Shown in pieces: positions 11,529 through 21,529 of a stretch of DNA of 30,348 nucleotides. The translations under genes were made by a program, and so were the position numbers. The notes beneath the pieces are model-generated. The model was not told the DNA's origin and searched no databases. It saw only the letters and a program-made list of their open reading frames with translations. The stretch is from an uncultured Acidobacteriota bacterium. GTDB taxonomy: Bacteria; Acidobacteriota; UBA6911; RPQK01; JAPXNP01. The stretch is from contig CAVZRV010000044.1 of assembly GCA_963777605.1 (NCBI GenBank), positions 1-30,348 of the forward strand, written 5' to 3'. How positions within the stretch are numbered: position 1 is the stretch's first letter; each line of letters opens with the position of its first letter.

Positions 11529-12900
11529 CGGTGATCGTCGCGGCCGGGAAGCTTCACACCAAGTGCCTTGACCTTGCGAAACAGGGTACTTGGGTTGATC
11601 CCCAGTTCCCTGGCCGCGGCCGCACGATTGCCATGATTGCGGCGGACCGCTTCAACGATATGAACCGCCTCCCAGTCCTTGAGAGCCATTGCCTCTCTCC
11701 TTGCCGGTGTTTCCGTGCTGAATCCTGCGCTGAGATCCAAAGGAAAATGATCCGGCCTGATAAACGACTCACGGCAGAGGATGAAGGCATGTTCAATGAT
11801 GTTCTCGAGTTCACGAACGTTTCCCGGGTAGTCGTGGTTCAGGAGGATTTTCAGTGCGTCTTCTGAAACCCCGGTCAGGGTCTTTCCCTGCAGTCGATTG
11901 AACTTGGAGATGAAGTGCTCGATGAGGATCGGGATATCTTCCCGGCGATCCTTTCATAGAGGAATCGTCAGCGCGAAAACATTGATTCGGTAGTAAAGGT
12001 CGTTCCGAAACTCGCCCCTGCTGACCAACTCCTTGAGGTCCCGATTGGTTGCGGCAATGACTCGAACGTTGATCTTGATCGGTCTGACCGACCCCAGCGG
12101 TTCGATGACCTTCTCCTGGAGTACCCTGAGCAGTCTACTGCATGGCGGGGGACACATCACCGATCTCGTCGAGCAGGATCGTCCACCCTCCGCGGCCAGA
12201 ACTTACCCGGCTTGTCATTTCGGGCATCCGTAAAGGCTCCGGCTTTGTGCCCGAACAACTCGGATTCGAGCAATGTATCGGGAAGAGCACCACAGTTTAT
12301 GGCCATGAACCTCTTGTTTCGCCGACCCGACAGGCTGTGGATCGCCCGGGCAAAGAGCTCTTTGCCCGTCCCGCTCGCCCCTTCGATCAGAATCGTGCTG
12401 TCACTGAGTGCTACATCCGGCAAGATGTCGAACAGCCGGCGCATCGGTTGACTGCGCCCGATGATGTCCGCAAACGTGTAGGTTTGCTGAACTTGTTTTC
12501 GAAGTTCGTCTACGAGGCTCATGTCCCGAAAGGTCTCGATGCCGCCAATGGTCTCTCCCTTTCGGTTCTTCAGAATTGCCGTGGACAGCGAGACCGGCAC
12601 CCGGCGTCCATTCACGTCCAGAATGAAGATGTGCTTCGCAATCACCGGGCGTCCGGTTTCCATGGTTTGGCGGAGAGCACATTCGGATTCACATACGCTC
12701 GCCCGGAACACCTCGCAGCAGGGCCGGCCGAGCGCCTCCTTGGCGGGCACTCCGGTAATTGTTGTTGCCGCCTTGTTGAAAGCAATAAACTGCCAGTCTT
12801 CGTCGACCGCGAAGACTCCATCGGAGACAGAGTCCAACATGGCGTCACAAAGATTGAATTCCACTCTAGAATTCACTCGCAAACCGAACCCCTTCACCAC
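11521..12900 (-). CDS. Second PAS-domain sigma54-dependent activator (OrpR-like), frameshifted, 3' end approximate
   Basis: PAS with [65 protein letters not shown] and [17 protein letters not shown]. As read, the last frame runs on to 11369 over the thioesterase. Confidence 0.9.
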
Positions 12901-13246
12901 TGCCCAGTTTGACTAAAGTCATCGTCTTGGTTCCACAATCGGCAGATTCCTTCGGTTGAACCACCCGGATCCGCTCACAAACATTAGTATTTACGCCGAT
13001 CCGGGAAGGCGAACCGGGACCTGGCCCGGCAGACCGCAAACCAGGAGAGACCTCTCGTGAAACCTGGTCAAGACATACTGATTTGTCCAGTTTGGAAGCG
13101 GGATCCAGGGAGCCATGCAGACTGCAGTTTCTCCAGCAGTGATCGTTGCAAAAAGCGTCGGTTTCGTCTCTGAGCAAGCCCCAATGATGGTGTGATTTGG
13201 CCTGTTGCCTCGGTCAAGACGGGTATCTCAAATCGCGTCCTGGGGT

Positions 13247-13262
13247 TGGAATCAAACCTGCT
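13247..13262 (+). promoter_or_regulatory. Possible sigma54 promoter
   Basis: TGGAATCAAACCTGCT has GG-N10-GC spacing; TTGCA-AAA-AGC lies about 100 bp upstream at 13146. Confidence 0.4.
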
Positions 13263-13438
13263 TTCACAAGCCCCAAGGGACCACACGGTGACGGCAGGCT
13301 GTTCACTTCTGACATTCTCCGAGGTCGTGGCCCCCGACGGACACTAGCATTCGCCCGTGGAGCTGGGGTGGCTGTATGAACTCGTACACTCCTTCGATCG
13401 CCGCTCTCCGCTCCTCGCAATGAAGGAGAAAAATCGTT

Positions 13439-14417
13439 ATGACGTCTCAGTCGCTTTGGTCGATCATTCTCGCCGGAGGGGAAGGCACACGGATGTGTCC
13501 CCTGGTTGCCCGTTGTTTTGAACAAGGACGTCCGAAGCAATATTGTCGGTTCTGCGGAGCTAAATCGATGTTGGAGCAGACCATCGATCGAGCCCTTGAC
13601 CTGGTTGAGCCACAGCATTTGATCACGGTGATCGGGACCGGCCATCGTGGTTTCGTGGCGGGCGGCATTCCCGGCCGGATTCTAGAGCAGCCCAAGATGC
13701 GTGGCACTGCGGTTGGGGTCTTTTGGCCCCTAGCCCACGTACTCGACGAAAACCCTGAAGCCATAGTTCTCGTCCTGCCATCGGACCATTACTTCTATCC
13801 GCGGACCCGGCTTGCGATCGAGTTGGACGCCGCATGCAAGCTAGCTAAGGGCCATCCCCGCAATGCCGTCCTCGTGGGAGTGTTACCGGATGCGCCGGAG
13901 ACCGATTACGGTTGGATCGCGCCCATTGGGGGTTCGGTCCCAAGAACAGTCGGCCCGGTACTAAGAGTCTCGACTTTCCACGAAACCGTCGCTGGGTCAG
14001 CGAACCGTTGGCTAAGAGCGGGATTCTGTGGAACACGATGATTACGATCGGTCGTGCTCAGACACTCTGGGAGTTGGGTCGAAAGGTTTTGCCGGAAGTG
14101 GTCGAGACTCTGGAACGTGTCGATTCTGCAAATCTCCGCAGTTCCTGGGGCCGATCTTCGAAGATCGATGGAATGGAGTGTTCGAGAAGCTGCCGGAGGC
14201 AGACTTTTCGCGGAATTTTCTGCCCCAGATCGCCACTCGCGGTCTGGTGAGGCCTCTCGAAGAGGTCTTCTGGAGTGACTGGGGACGTCCCGAGGCTCGA
14301 CAAGTCTCTGAGCCGAATGAGACAGGATACCCTGGTAAGCCCGCAGCTCCGACTGTGCGAGTCTTCAGGCCGTCTGGAATTGCTGGGCGTCCTAAACAGC
14401 TGACAGGAGGAAATTGA
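13439..14417 (+). CDS. Mannose-1-phosphate guanylyltransferase-like sugar-phosphate nucleotidyltransferase, frameshifted
   Basis: IILAGGEGTRM.PL...PKQYC...SMLEQTIDRA, LPSDH, PETDYGWI, LWNTMI, DFSRNFL, WSDWGRPE. Confidence 0.85.
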
Positions 14418-15060
14418 TGGTTCATACCTTTTGATTGGCTGCAGAGTCGGTGTTCTGGGGGAAGGGGGAGCCGGAAAGGCACGGTGACCGTTCTTTTGGC
14501 AAAGGCTCTCCGGAGACTTGGCTACCAGGCTCTGGTGTTCTGCATGTGCCGATTCCAGAATCCTGGGCCTCGACCAGGTCCTCGGAAGACCGATCGGCTC
14601 CGGCTTCCCTGCTTGAGCACCGCGGGGGGGCGGTCCTCTCAGGTGGTTGAGTCAGTGGTGCGGGGTGGATGACCCTAGACCCTTGGCCTGGGGGCCCGGG
14701 AATCGTGCTGGTGGAGTTCTCGCTGGAGCCTACTGGTCCACTGCGATGGGAAGGAGTCCCTGGATCCGGCGGCGGTGAAGATTGGTGGGCAGGGACCGGG
14801 ATCGGGTTGTGATCGGCGAGTTTCTAAGACGGGCGGGGACGTCCGAACGAGTGACAACCGGCTTTGCATGTCACCGTGATTGACTTTAAGGCGGGCTTCG
14901 AAGACACCGCTCGGGGAGTCATGCGCCCCTGGACCAGATCGTTGCTTTGGGAGACCCGACGACTGCCGCTATCCAGATGGCGATGGATCTGGACGAATCT
15001 GTTCAGAAAATCAGAGCAGCGGAGTCCGTCCAGCCAACGAGTCACTTGAAGATCCGCTCA
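14417..15060 (+). pseudogene. CooC/AcsF-like P-loop ATPase, heavily degraded and C-terminally truncated
   Basis: Cross-frame reading: RVGVLGKG.AGK.TVTVLLAKALRRLGY...ADS.NPGL...SGG...VDDP.PL...KIGGQGPGSGCD...VTVIDFKAGFEDTARGV. Confidence 0.6.
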
Positions 15061-15354
15061 ACTGGTTGCGATTGCACTTTGTAAAACTTTGAACTGGCCG
15101 AGATTGCGGGTTTCTTCGTCGTTCTGAAAGAGAGTCCGTGATCCCAAAGTCCAGATCCGAATGATTGTAGTGGCTTCGAGGGCGGGAACTTGATACGACG
15201 ATGAACGCCATACACATCTATCTCCCGATTGCCGGGGCATGGCCTGAAAGGCGTTCCTTTTGAACTCCAGGATGGAGGATGGGATCAAGGAGATGGTTGG
15301 GAAGCTTGAGAAGTCAACAACAACGCCGAGCGGCCAAGCCAAGGAGGTCGCCCA

Positions 15355-15835
15355 ATGAAGATATTGTTAGCCGTTGACGGATCGCTTTGCAGAGCGACGC
15401 GGCGATTACCGAAGGAACCGCCGTTCGCCCCCCGCCCGAAGGGAAGTCCAAGTGGCGTGTCTCTTCGTCGTCCACCCCCGCGCGCCCCAAATTCACGCGA
15501 TCTCGCTTTTCTCTCTTCACGCCTAACTACACCCCCTGGGAGGGAGAAGAGGAGGAACCGGAGGAAGGCGGCTTGAGAAGACGCGGCGCGGCCACCCGGG
15601 AGAACCCACGGTTCGTCTTTGAAGAAGTCGAGACGATCGCCCCTCCGAGAAGTCGATAATGAAGGAGGTTCGAAGGATCGCTGCGGATCTTGTGGTGCTG
15701 GGAACGGATGGCTATGGGGTCGGAGCGGCCTAATCTGGTGAGGATCGGTGCCCCAGGCCCGTCCTCTTTGAAGCCCCTTGTGGTTGTAGAAGAGAAACCG
15801 TTCCCTCGGAGGCACCTGTCAGAGTCTGCGCCTAG
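15355..15835 (+). CDS. Universal stress protein (USP), heavily frameshifted, possibly a pseudogene
   Basis: AAGGAGG RBS, MKILLAVDGS start, later ADLVVLG..G.G and GS...VL..AP motifs. End approximate. Confidence 0.65.
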
Positions 15836-15849
15836 GCGACGGACCGAGG

Positions 15850-16699
15850 CGAGCCGCGAAGCACTTAAAGCTCTCCAACATCAATATGCTGGGGCTCGCG
15901 ACGACGATTCTGGTGGACCCTGGCCGACGTGCGCAAACTCAGGGGTGGTTGCGGTTGCGACCGCAAGGAGGGGAGCGGCGACAGCACATCCTGAACGTCT
16001 CTCCTCGGCGCAACCCCGGGCTGCCTCGGGGCGTTCATGTCGGTAACCCAAGACGTGCACGGCGTTGTGACTTTCGGGGCTGATCGTCGCCGGGACGGTT
16101 TGCCCACTTCCGGGGACGAGGCCTTTGTGATGCTCGCCATGTTTCCCAAACAGGCCCTCCTGCTTTTACAGTCTGTCGTTTGTGTTGGGGTTGGGGTTTG
16201 GCTGGACTGCTTATTGTGGAGGCCGCCCTGCTCCGCATTATCCCTTGCGAGAAGTGTGGTAAGCAGGAGCACCACCCGGGCGCCACGAGACGGTGGGTCA
16301 TTACTTGATAGACGATGTCTGGGGAGGGATTGTCAAGCGCCATCTCTGGAGGGTCTTCATCTGGACCTCTCTGGTGTTTCTCATTGTCAGAAGCGGGGAA
16401 TACACACGGGACCGGGGGGGACTGGTGTATAGTTTACCTTGGTATGGTGCTTATTCTGAGTGCGCTGTTATGCATTATTCCTGAGTTTGGGTGAAACCTG
16501 ATATTTGTGTACTCTGTTCGCCGGGAGCCGGTATGATTTTGTTCTGGATATTGCTTTACCGATTCAAGAGCCCAGGATGGGTATGGGGCTTACCTTGCCG
16601 GCCTGCCCAAGTATGGTCAGAGATGGAATCCTGATCAAGGCTCTGAACCTGATATTCGGGTTGGGTGTTGGTGGGTTAGTCTACCTTGCGGGCTTCTGA
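15850..16699 (+). pseudogene. Putative manganese-transporter/ArsP_2-type permease, heavily degraded
   Basis: LLGATPGCLGAFMSV..HGVVTFGA...TSGDEAFVMLAMFPKQALLL...IVKRHLWRVFIWT...IPE.G..LIFVTLFA...QDG.G...IKALNLIFGLGVGGLVYLAGF*. Start approximate. Confidence 0.7.
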
Positions 16700-17126
16700 A
16701 AATGGGCTGGAAGAAGCTGCGGGGGAGTGGAAAATGCGGAGCCGTTCTTTGGACGGCCGCGCGTCTGATGATTGACAGGGACAGATCAAAGTTCGACATC
16801 TGATGGCAGTTCCAGCAGAGCTCCGAATCAAGTTCTCCGAGCGTGGTTTTGTCGAGCCGGCTTTCCGATTCGTCCGGACAGAGCGTTACCTGAATCTGAA
16901 GTAGGTCGTCCAAGGCTTTCAGGAGTCCGTAGACATCCATCGGCTGGATCCAGGGTTTCCCGGCAAGTTCGACGAGTTGATTCAAGACCCGAGCGCTGCT
17001 GGTGCACATCTCGAGGTCGACGACGTACTCGACACAGCCCGAGCGATCCAGTACGAGTTCGAGACGGTCGGGTTCAACGTACCAGTCGCCCCACCGTTGT
17101 TGGATGTTGCTCCCCTTGTTGTTCAT
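16635..17126 (-). CDS. Hypothetical protein with its own RBS, in frame with the upstream thioredoxin; true 3' end uncertain
   Basis: GGAGG-TCAACT-ATG at 17126; WGDWYVEPDRLELVL...YVVDLEMCTSSARVL...KPW...GLLKALDDLL. Confidence 0.55.
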   Translation of the reverse strand: MNNKGSNIQQRWGDWYVEPDRLELVLDRSGCVEYVVDLEMCTSSARVLNQLVELAGKPWIQPMDVYGLLKALDDLLQIQVTLCPDESESRLDKTTLGELDSELCWNCHQMSNFDLSLSIIRRAAVQRTAPHFPLPRSFFQPIFRSPQGRLTHQHPTRISGSEP

Positions 17127-17128
17127 AG

Positions 17129-17672
17129 TTGACCTCCGGGGGCTTCGGTTCCAGGCTTGGTTGTCCCTCCGGGCCCGGCCCGGTTCCATAGCGCTATCGG
17201 TCACGTGCGGCCACGACGGGAACGGCTCTGCATTGAGCTCGATCGAAGGGCCGAGTTGGGCCCTCCTGTGCTTTCGTTCGACATTCTCGGGCGGTTGGTG
17301 AGAGTCCCACCCTGGATGCGCATCACCGGTAGCATACTGGTCAAGGAGATTTCGAAGCTGCTTATCGGGATGTGGCCCCACGAACTTGCCGACGAGCTTG
17401 CAATCGGAGAACACGAGAATAGTGGGAATCCCTTGCATGCAGAACTTCGCCGCGAATTCCGGCCACCGTTCGACATCCACACGGGCAAGTACGCACTGGC
17501 CGTGGAATCGTTCTGCGTGCCGCGTCAGCGTGTCGGCAACTTCGCCACCGGAGTGGCACCGCTCAGCCCAAAATTCGAGGAGTACGATTCGTTCCCTTGA
17601 TGCTCTGAGGATCTTCTTCTCAAACTCGTCCGGCTCGAGATTCAGAATCGGCTCCCGCGCTTGTACGGTCAT
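17129..17672 (-). CDS. Thioredoxin-fold protein with atypical single-Cys site
   Basis: EFEKKIL...VLLEFWAERCHSG...LARVDVE..PEFAAKFCMQGIPTILVF...FVG; Trx domain about 17335-17672, no stop before the next ATG. Confidence 0.75.
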
Positions 17673-17799
17673 GAGGGCTACCCTCCATCCCGCCAACGTC
17701 CATTTCACGGCTTCAGGAGTCGCCGCAATCAAGTGGCGACAGCTTGAGTTGCAGAGCAGCTGATTACCGTGTTCACACCACGATCACATATCTGCTGAA

Positions 17800-17815
17800 A
17801 GCAAACCGCATTCCA
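17800..17815 (-). promoter_or_regulatory. Probable sigma54 promoter for the thioredoxin-like gene
   Basis: Minus strand TGGAATGCGGTTTGCT (GG-N10-GC with TTGC). Confidence 0.55.
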
Positions 17816-17901
17816 TAAGTGACCCGTGTTCTTCTTCCCTTGAGACCGTTGCCAGAGAGCACGTTGAAGCTGCCTGGCCTTGGAGAAGCCGGGCCGGGGC
17901 A

Positions 17902-17944
17902 TTGCAAAATGCCTCTGTGAGAACGGTTGTCGTTGCACGGTGCA
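17902..17944. promoter_or_regulatory. Tandem candidate activator sites
   Basis: TTGCA-AAA-TGC (17902-17912) and TTGCA-CGG-TGCA (17933-17944) between divergent genes. Confidence 0.5.
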
Positions 17945-18093
17945 GGCTTTTGAGTCGTTCAACAGAAGCTCTCAAAGCGGCAGGGTAGTCGGTTGAACCG
18001 GCACGCTATCAATCCTGGCAAGGAGGAACCGGAGGTTTGGGCTGGCAGAGTCGGTGCGCCGTCTCTGGAAGGTAACTTGCGTTGAAGTCCGGC

Positions 18094-18477
18094 GTGAAAG
18101 TCGCAGTACCCTATTGGAGGGGACGAGTCTCTCCGGTCTTTGATGCCGCGAATCATCTTCTCATGCTCGACTTGGAGGTCACCGGCAAAATTGCTTGCTC
18201 CGAGAAGAGCATTGTTCTCTACGATCCTTCGCGTCGTGCAACCCAGGTTGCCGATCTGGGCGTGGATGTCTTGATCTGCGGCGCTATTTCGAGATCACTC
18301 AAATTGCTCCTGGAATCGAAAGGCATCGAAGTTCTTGACGAGGTCTGTGGGGATGTCCCTGGCGTCCTGAGAGCATACACAGAAGGACGCCTCGACGACA
18401 AAACGTTCGTGATGCCCGGAGCCAGAACAAGCCCGAGGTCTACATCAATGCGAAAGCCCAGACGAGGCCAGGAGTAG
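18094..18477 (+). CDS. Third NifB/NifX-family (COG1433) protein
   Basis: VKVAVPYWRGRVSPVFDAA...LGVDVLICGAIS...GIEV..VCGD...FVMPG; intact paralog of 6987. Start GTG 18094 or TTG 18082. Confidence 0.85.
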   Translation: MKVAVPYWRGRVSPVFDAANHLLMLDLEVTGKIACSEKSIVLYDPSRRATQVADLGVDVLICGAISRSLKLLLESKGIEVLDEVCGDVPGVLRAYTEGRLDDKTFVMPGARTSPRSTSMRKPRRGQE

Positions 18478-20000
18478 GTTCCAGTCGATCTTCCTCGCCT
18501 CAACCTTCCGTTCCGGCGGCCGGCCCCCAGCCCCTTCAAGGATGGAAAGTGCTTCGGATTCGCTGATCACGGGGTTTTCGTGGTCTACGCCAAGGGCGCT
18601 GGTCATCCAGGGGTAGATCTGGGTGATGCTCACCAGGCCGAGTTGAGCGGTGGCTGTTTCCTGCGCCGTAGACCGCGATCTGCACCGGCCCCTCGGCGTG
18701 CTGTCCGGCCGAATACTGGATGTTCAGGTTGTCAGGGTCGGCCAAAATTCATGCCGGCGGCAACCACGGAGGCCAGCGAGTTGGCCGGTTGTTCGTGGTA
18801 GGCGGCGATATTGGCGATCCGGGGATGCCCCTGGATGGCGTCGGCAATGATGGCGGCCTTTTCCGGTTGGAGAGTGAGTCCCAGGTAGGTTCGTGCCGCC
18901 TCGGCGATGTCGGAGGCCCGCGGCGACGATCCCAGTTGACCCCGAGGATGTGTTCGTAGGATGCTCTTCCGAACTCATCCGATCAAAGGAGGTGGAGGAC
19001 CGCTGGTACTCGGTCCCGATTCCATAGATGGCGCCGCCACCGGTCCCATGATCGGATCCCAGAATCAGCAGCGTCCCCGGATTCCGGTCAGTGAAATCAA
19101 GGATGTCTCCAGCGCCTCGTCGGCGGCCAGCACGTCCCACAGCATGGCTCCGGGATCGTTGTTCTGTGGTTGGCGTGGTCGATTCGTCCAGCTTCGACCT
19201 GGACGACGAATCCTCCGGACGAAGCCGACAGCAGGTCGAGGCCCGTCCGGGTGATATCGGCCAGGCTCGGGCCTTCGACTCCCTGATAGCGGCGATCGAT
19301 TTCCTAGGGCATGCGCGAATTGCTGAACGTGCCGAGCACTCTTGATCCCGCGAGTGCCTCAAGTTCTTCCGCCGTCCTGACAACCGAATATCCCTTGGCG
19401 GCGAACTCTCCATAAAGGTCTCTTGTCCGTCACCTCGGGTAGCGGACCCGAAGTGTCTGGAACCTCCTCCGAGGATCACGTCCGGTTGCAGTTCCAGGTA
19501 TTGGGCGGCAATCTCGTCTTCGTTGTCCCGGTCCTTGACGTGGACCGAGCATCCGGCGGGGGTCGCGTGAGTTACCCGGGCCGTTGTGATCAGACCGGTT
19601 GAATCTCCTTGTCCCTTCGCCACTTCCAGGATTGTCGTCAGCTTCTGTCCGTCCGGGAAAACGCCAATGTTGCCATTGCCTGTCCTTCGTCCGGTTCCAA
19701 ATGCGGTTGAAGCAGCAGCAGAATCGGTGATGATACTCGTAAGGCTGTGGGTAAACATCGATCCTGCCCTTCCAAGGTCAAGAGCCGTTCCAGCGCCAGG
19801 ACCCTTCCCTGACTGGGGTGAACGAATGGCGGGCGACCGCGAGGTCTCCCAGCTGATCCGTCATAAACGTACAAGATGATGGTTCGAGCCGAACCAACCG
19901 GAGGCTGAGGGTGAATCGACTGCGCGGAGCCAAATTTGGAAGAGAAGGCCGCTCCCAACTCAACCAGTCCCGAGTGGGTCAAGAAATCTCGTCGTTCCAT
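18445..20000 (-). CDS. Tat-exported alkaline phosphatase (PhoA family), frameshifted
   Basis: MERRDFL twin-Arg signal, IILYVYDG, TDSAAASTAFGTG, GLITTARVTHATPAG, VEAGRIDHANH, SDHGTGG; GGAGG RBS. Confidence 0.88.
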
Positions 20001-20369
20001 CAGTGATTACCTCCAGGGTCGATCGCCCTGCCTGTGAATTTATAAACATTCCGTCCGTCAACGGAGCCGCAGCTCGTCGCGTCGAACCCAATTGTACCTT
20101 GAATTGGAAGATACCCGGGATCCGCTGCCGTGACCTCGGGGGTGTTCCGGGATCGCACTAGCGAACAGAAGATAGAAGACCGGGGGAGGAATCAGGAATC
20201 GAGAAGCGAGCATCGAGAATGGTTGTCGAATGACGAAGACCGGGTGCTTCTAACGCCATCGCGGCCCATCTCGCTTAGGCGTGAGTTCATTCTCGCTTCC
20301 CGCTTCTCGATTCCCGATTCGAAAAAAGTTTCACTCTCTCGACGGTCTCCGCCAAGCGCGGGGGCGGGG

Positions 20370-20550
20370 CTAACCTGGGATCTCGGCTTCGACCAGTTTG
20401 GCAAGTAGCGTTAGCGATTCCTGCCAGCCAAGGTAGCAGGCTTCCGGAGGGATGACATCGGGCACGCCTTCCTGCACGATCTCCAGTCCGGTGCCAACGG
20501 AAACCTCCTTTAGCGTCATCGTCACCTGGAGTTCGCCGGGCAGGTTTGGA
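20370..20550 (-). pseudogene. C-terminal fragment of an SRPBCC/AHSA1-like protein
   Basis: PNLPGELQVTMTLKEVSVGTGLEIVQEGVPDVIPPEACYLGWQESLTLLAKLVEAEIP*; the N-half is absent and vapC sits in its place. Confidence 0.7.
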
Positions 20551-20557
20551 ACGCCGT

Positions 20558-20953
20558 TCACTCGATCAATTCAACTCGAAGGTGAGCACCTGGTGCACGG
20601 GCCAGTTTGGCATCACATGTTAGGAGGACCGTTTCCAGCGCTTCGGCCAGAGCCACATAGACGGCATCATAAGCAGACAGATTCTCCCGTAACCCCCAAA
20701 CCCGTTCCAAAAGCGGTTCATGTGGGTGCCGTTCCAGGTCGAGCGATCGCAGATCTTCGAGAACCGTCAACGCCGCTGCGGGTTCGAGTTCACCTTCCCT
20801 CACGAAGCGGCGCAGCACCTGGGTGATTTCGACGTCGGCGAGATGCGGGACGTGGAGACTGAGGGTCGGGTCCTGGATCCGAACGCTGACGGACTTTCCA
20901 CGAGCAGTGCCCAGAAGCAACTCCAGAAGAGCGGAGGCGTCGAGGACGATCAC
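20558..20953 (-). CDS. vapC: VapC PIN-domain toxin
   Basis: MIVLDASALLELL, P.LADVE..QVLRR, NLSAYDAVYVALAEAL..LLTCD; intact. Confidence 0.92.
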   Translation of the reverse strand: MIVLDASALLELLLGTARGKSVSVRIQDPTLSLHVPHLADVEITQVLRRFVREGELEPAAALTVLEDLRSLDLERHPHEPLLERVWGLRENLSAYDAVYVALAEALETVLLTCDAKLARAPGAHLRVELIE

Positions 20954-21183
20954 CTTGCGTCTCGCTCCATCCGAATCGCCTCGGTCGGGCTCAACTTGAA
21001 GACCCGATCGGCTTGAGTCCGGAGCCGTTCCAGCACCTCATGGCGCATTGGGCGCTCCAACGACTTGCGCAACTCACGCAACACGTAGTCCGACATCGAC
21101 ATCCCTTCAAGGGCCGCCCGGGCCTTCAGCCGCCGATGGAGTTCAGGCGGAACATTGCGGATCTGAACCATGGTTTTTGACAT
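20950..21183 (-). CDS. Ribbon-helix-helix (FitA/VapB-like) antitoxin
   Basis: VQIRNVPPELHRRLKARAALEGMSMSDYVLREL; 4-nt overlap with vapC. Confidence 0.88.
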   Translation of the reverse strand: MSKTMVQIRNVPPELHRRLKARAALEGMSMSDYVLRELRKSLERPMRHEVLERLRTQADRVFKLSPTEAIRMERDAR

Positions 21184-21218
21184 GAAATTAGTCTATTTTC
21201 ATCGCTATTTCATGTCAA
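21177..21218 (-). promoter_or_regulatory. sigma70 promoter with overlapping 12-bp inverted repeat, probably a leaderless transcript
   Basis: Minus strand TTGACA-17nt-TAGACT-6nt-ATG; arms TTGACATGAAAT (21177-21188) and ATTTCATGTCAA (21207-21218). Confidence 0.8.
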
Positions 21219-21228
21219 TGGCGGCTCC

Positions 21229-21529
21229 TCAAGCCGAGGCGATCCTGCAGAAGTCAACGCATTTCTTCACCTCGGCAACCGCATTCGAGCCACTGGGTGA
21301 GGTACTTGAGCAGGTCCTCCGCCGTGCTGGGCATGCTTCGGAAGCTGTAGGTGATGGCGCCGATTTAAACCCCACCGAAATCGGGGTCGGGTTTGCCCGG
21401 AGGGGACTGCAGAACCGGCGTTCCGAATCCAGAGCCCGGCACCACAGCAGCAGCGGCGGCTGCCGCCGTCATCGTTCCAAACAACTCCCTTCGAGTGACT
21501 TGTCTCTGCATTCCGGCATTCTTGCTCAT
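21229..21529 (-). pseudogene. Internally deleted Tat-exported sugar-phosphate isomerase/epimerase (TIM barrel) remnant
   Basis: MSKNAGMQRQVTRRELFG...KPDPDFGGV*IGAITYSFRSMPSTAEDLLKYL joined near 21292 to GSNAVAEVKKCVDFCRIASA*. In-frame TAA at 21365-21367; TGATG overlap with the fucosidase stop. Confidence 0.7.

Noticed and set aside
16803-16817. CWNCH as a heme-binding motif
   Set aside because: The protein has no signal peptide and the motif lies in a tail whose frame is uncertain.
6987-18477. Nitrogen fixation, from three NifB/NifX-family genes
   Set aside because: No nifHDK or nifEN in the window; this family is common in non-diazotrophic anaerobes.
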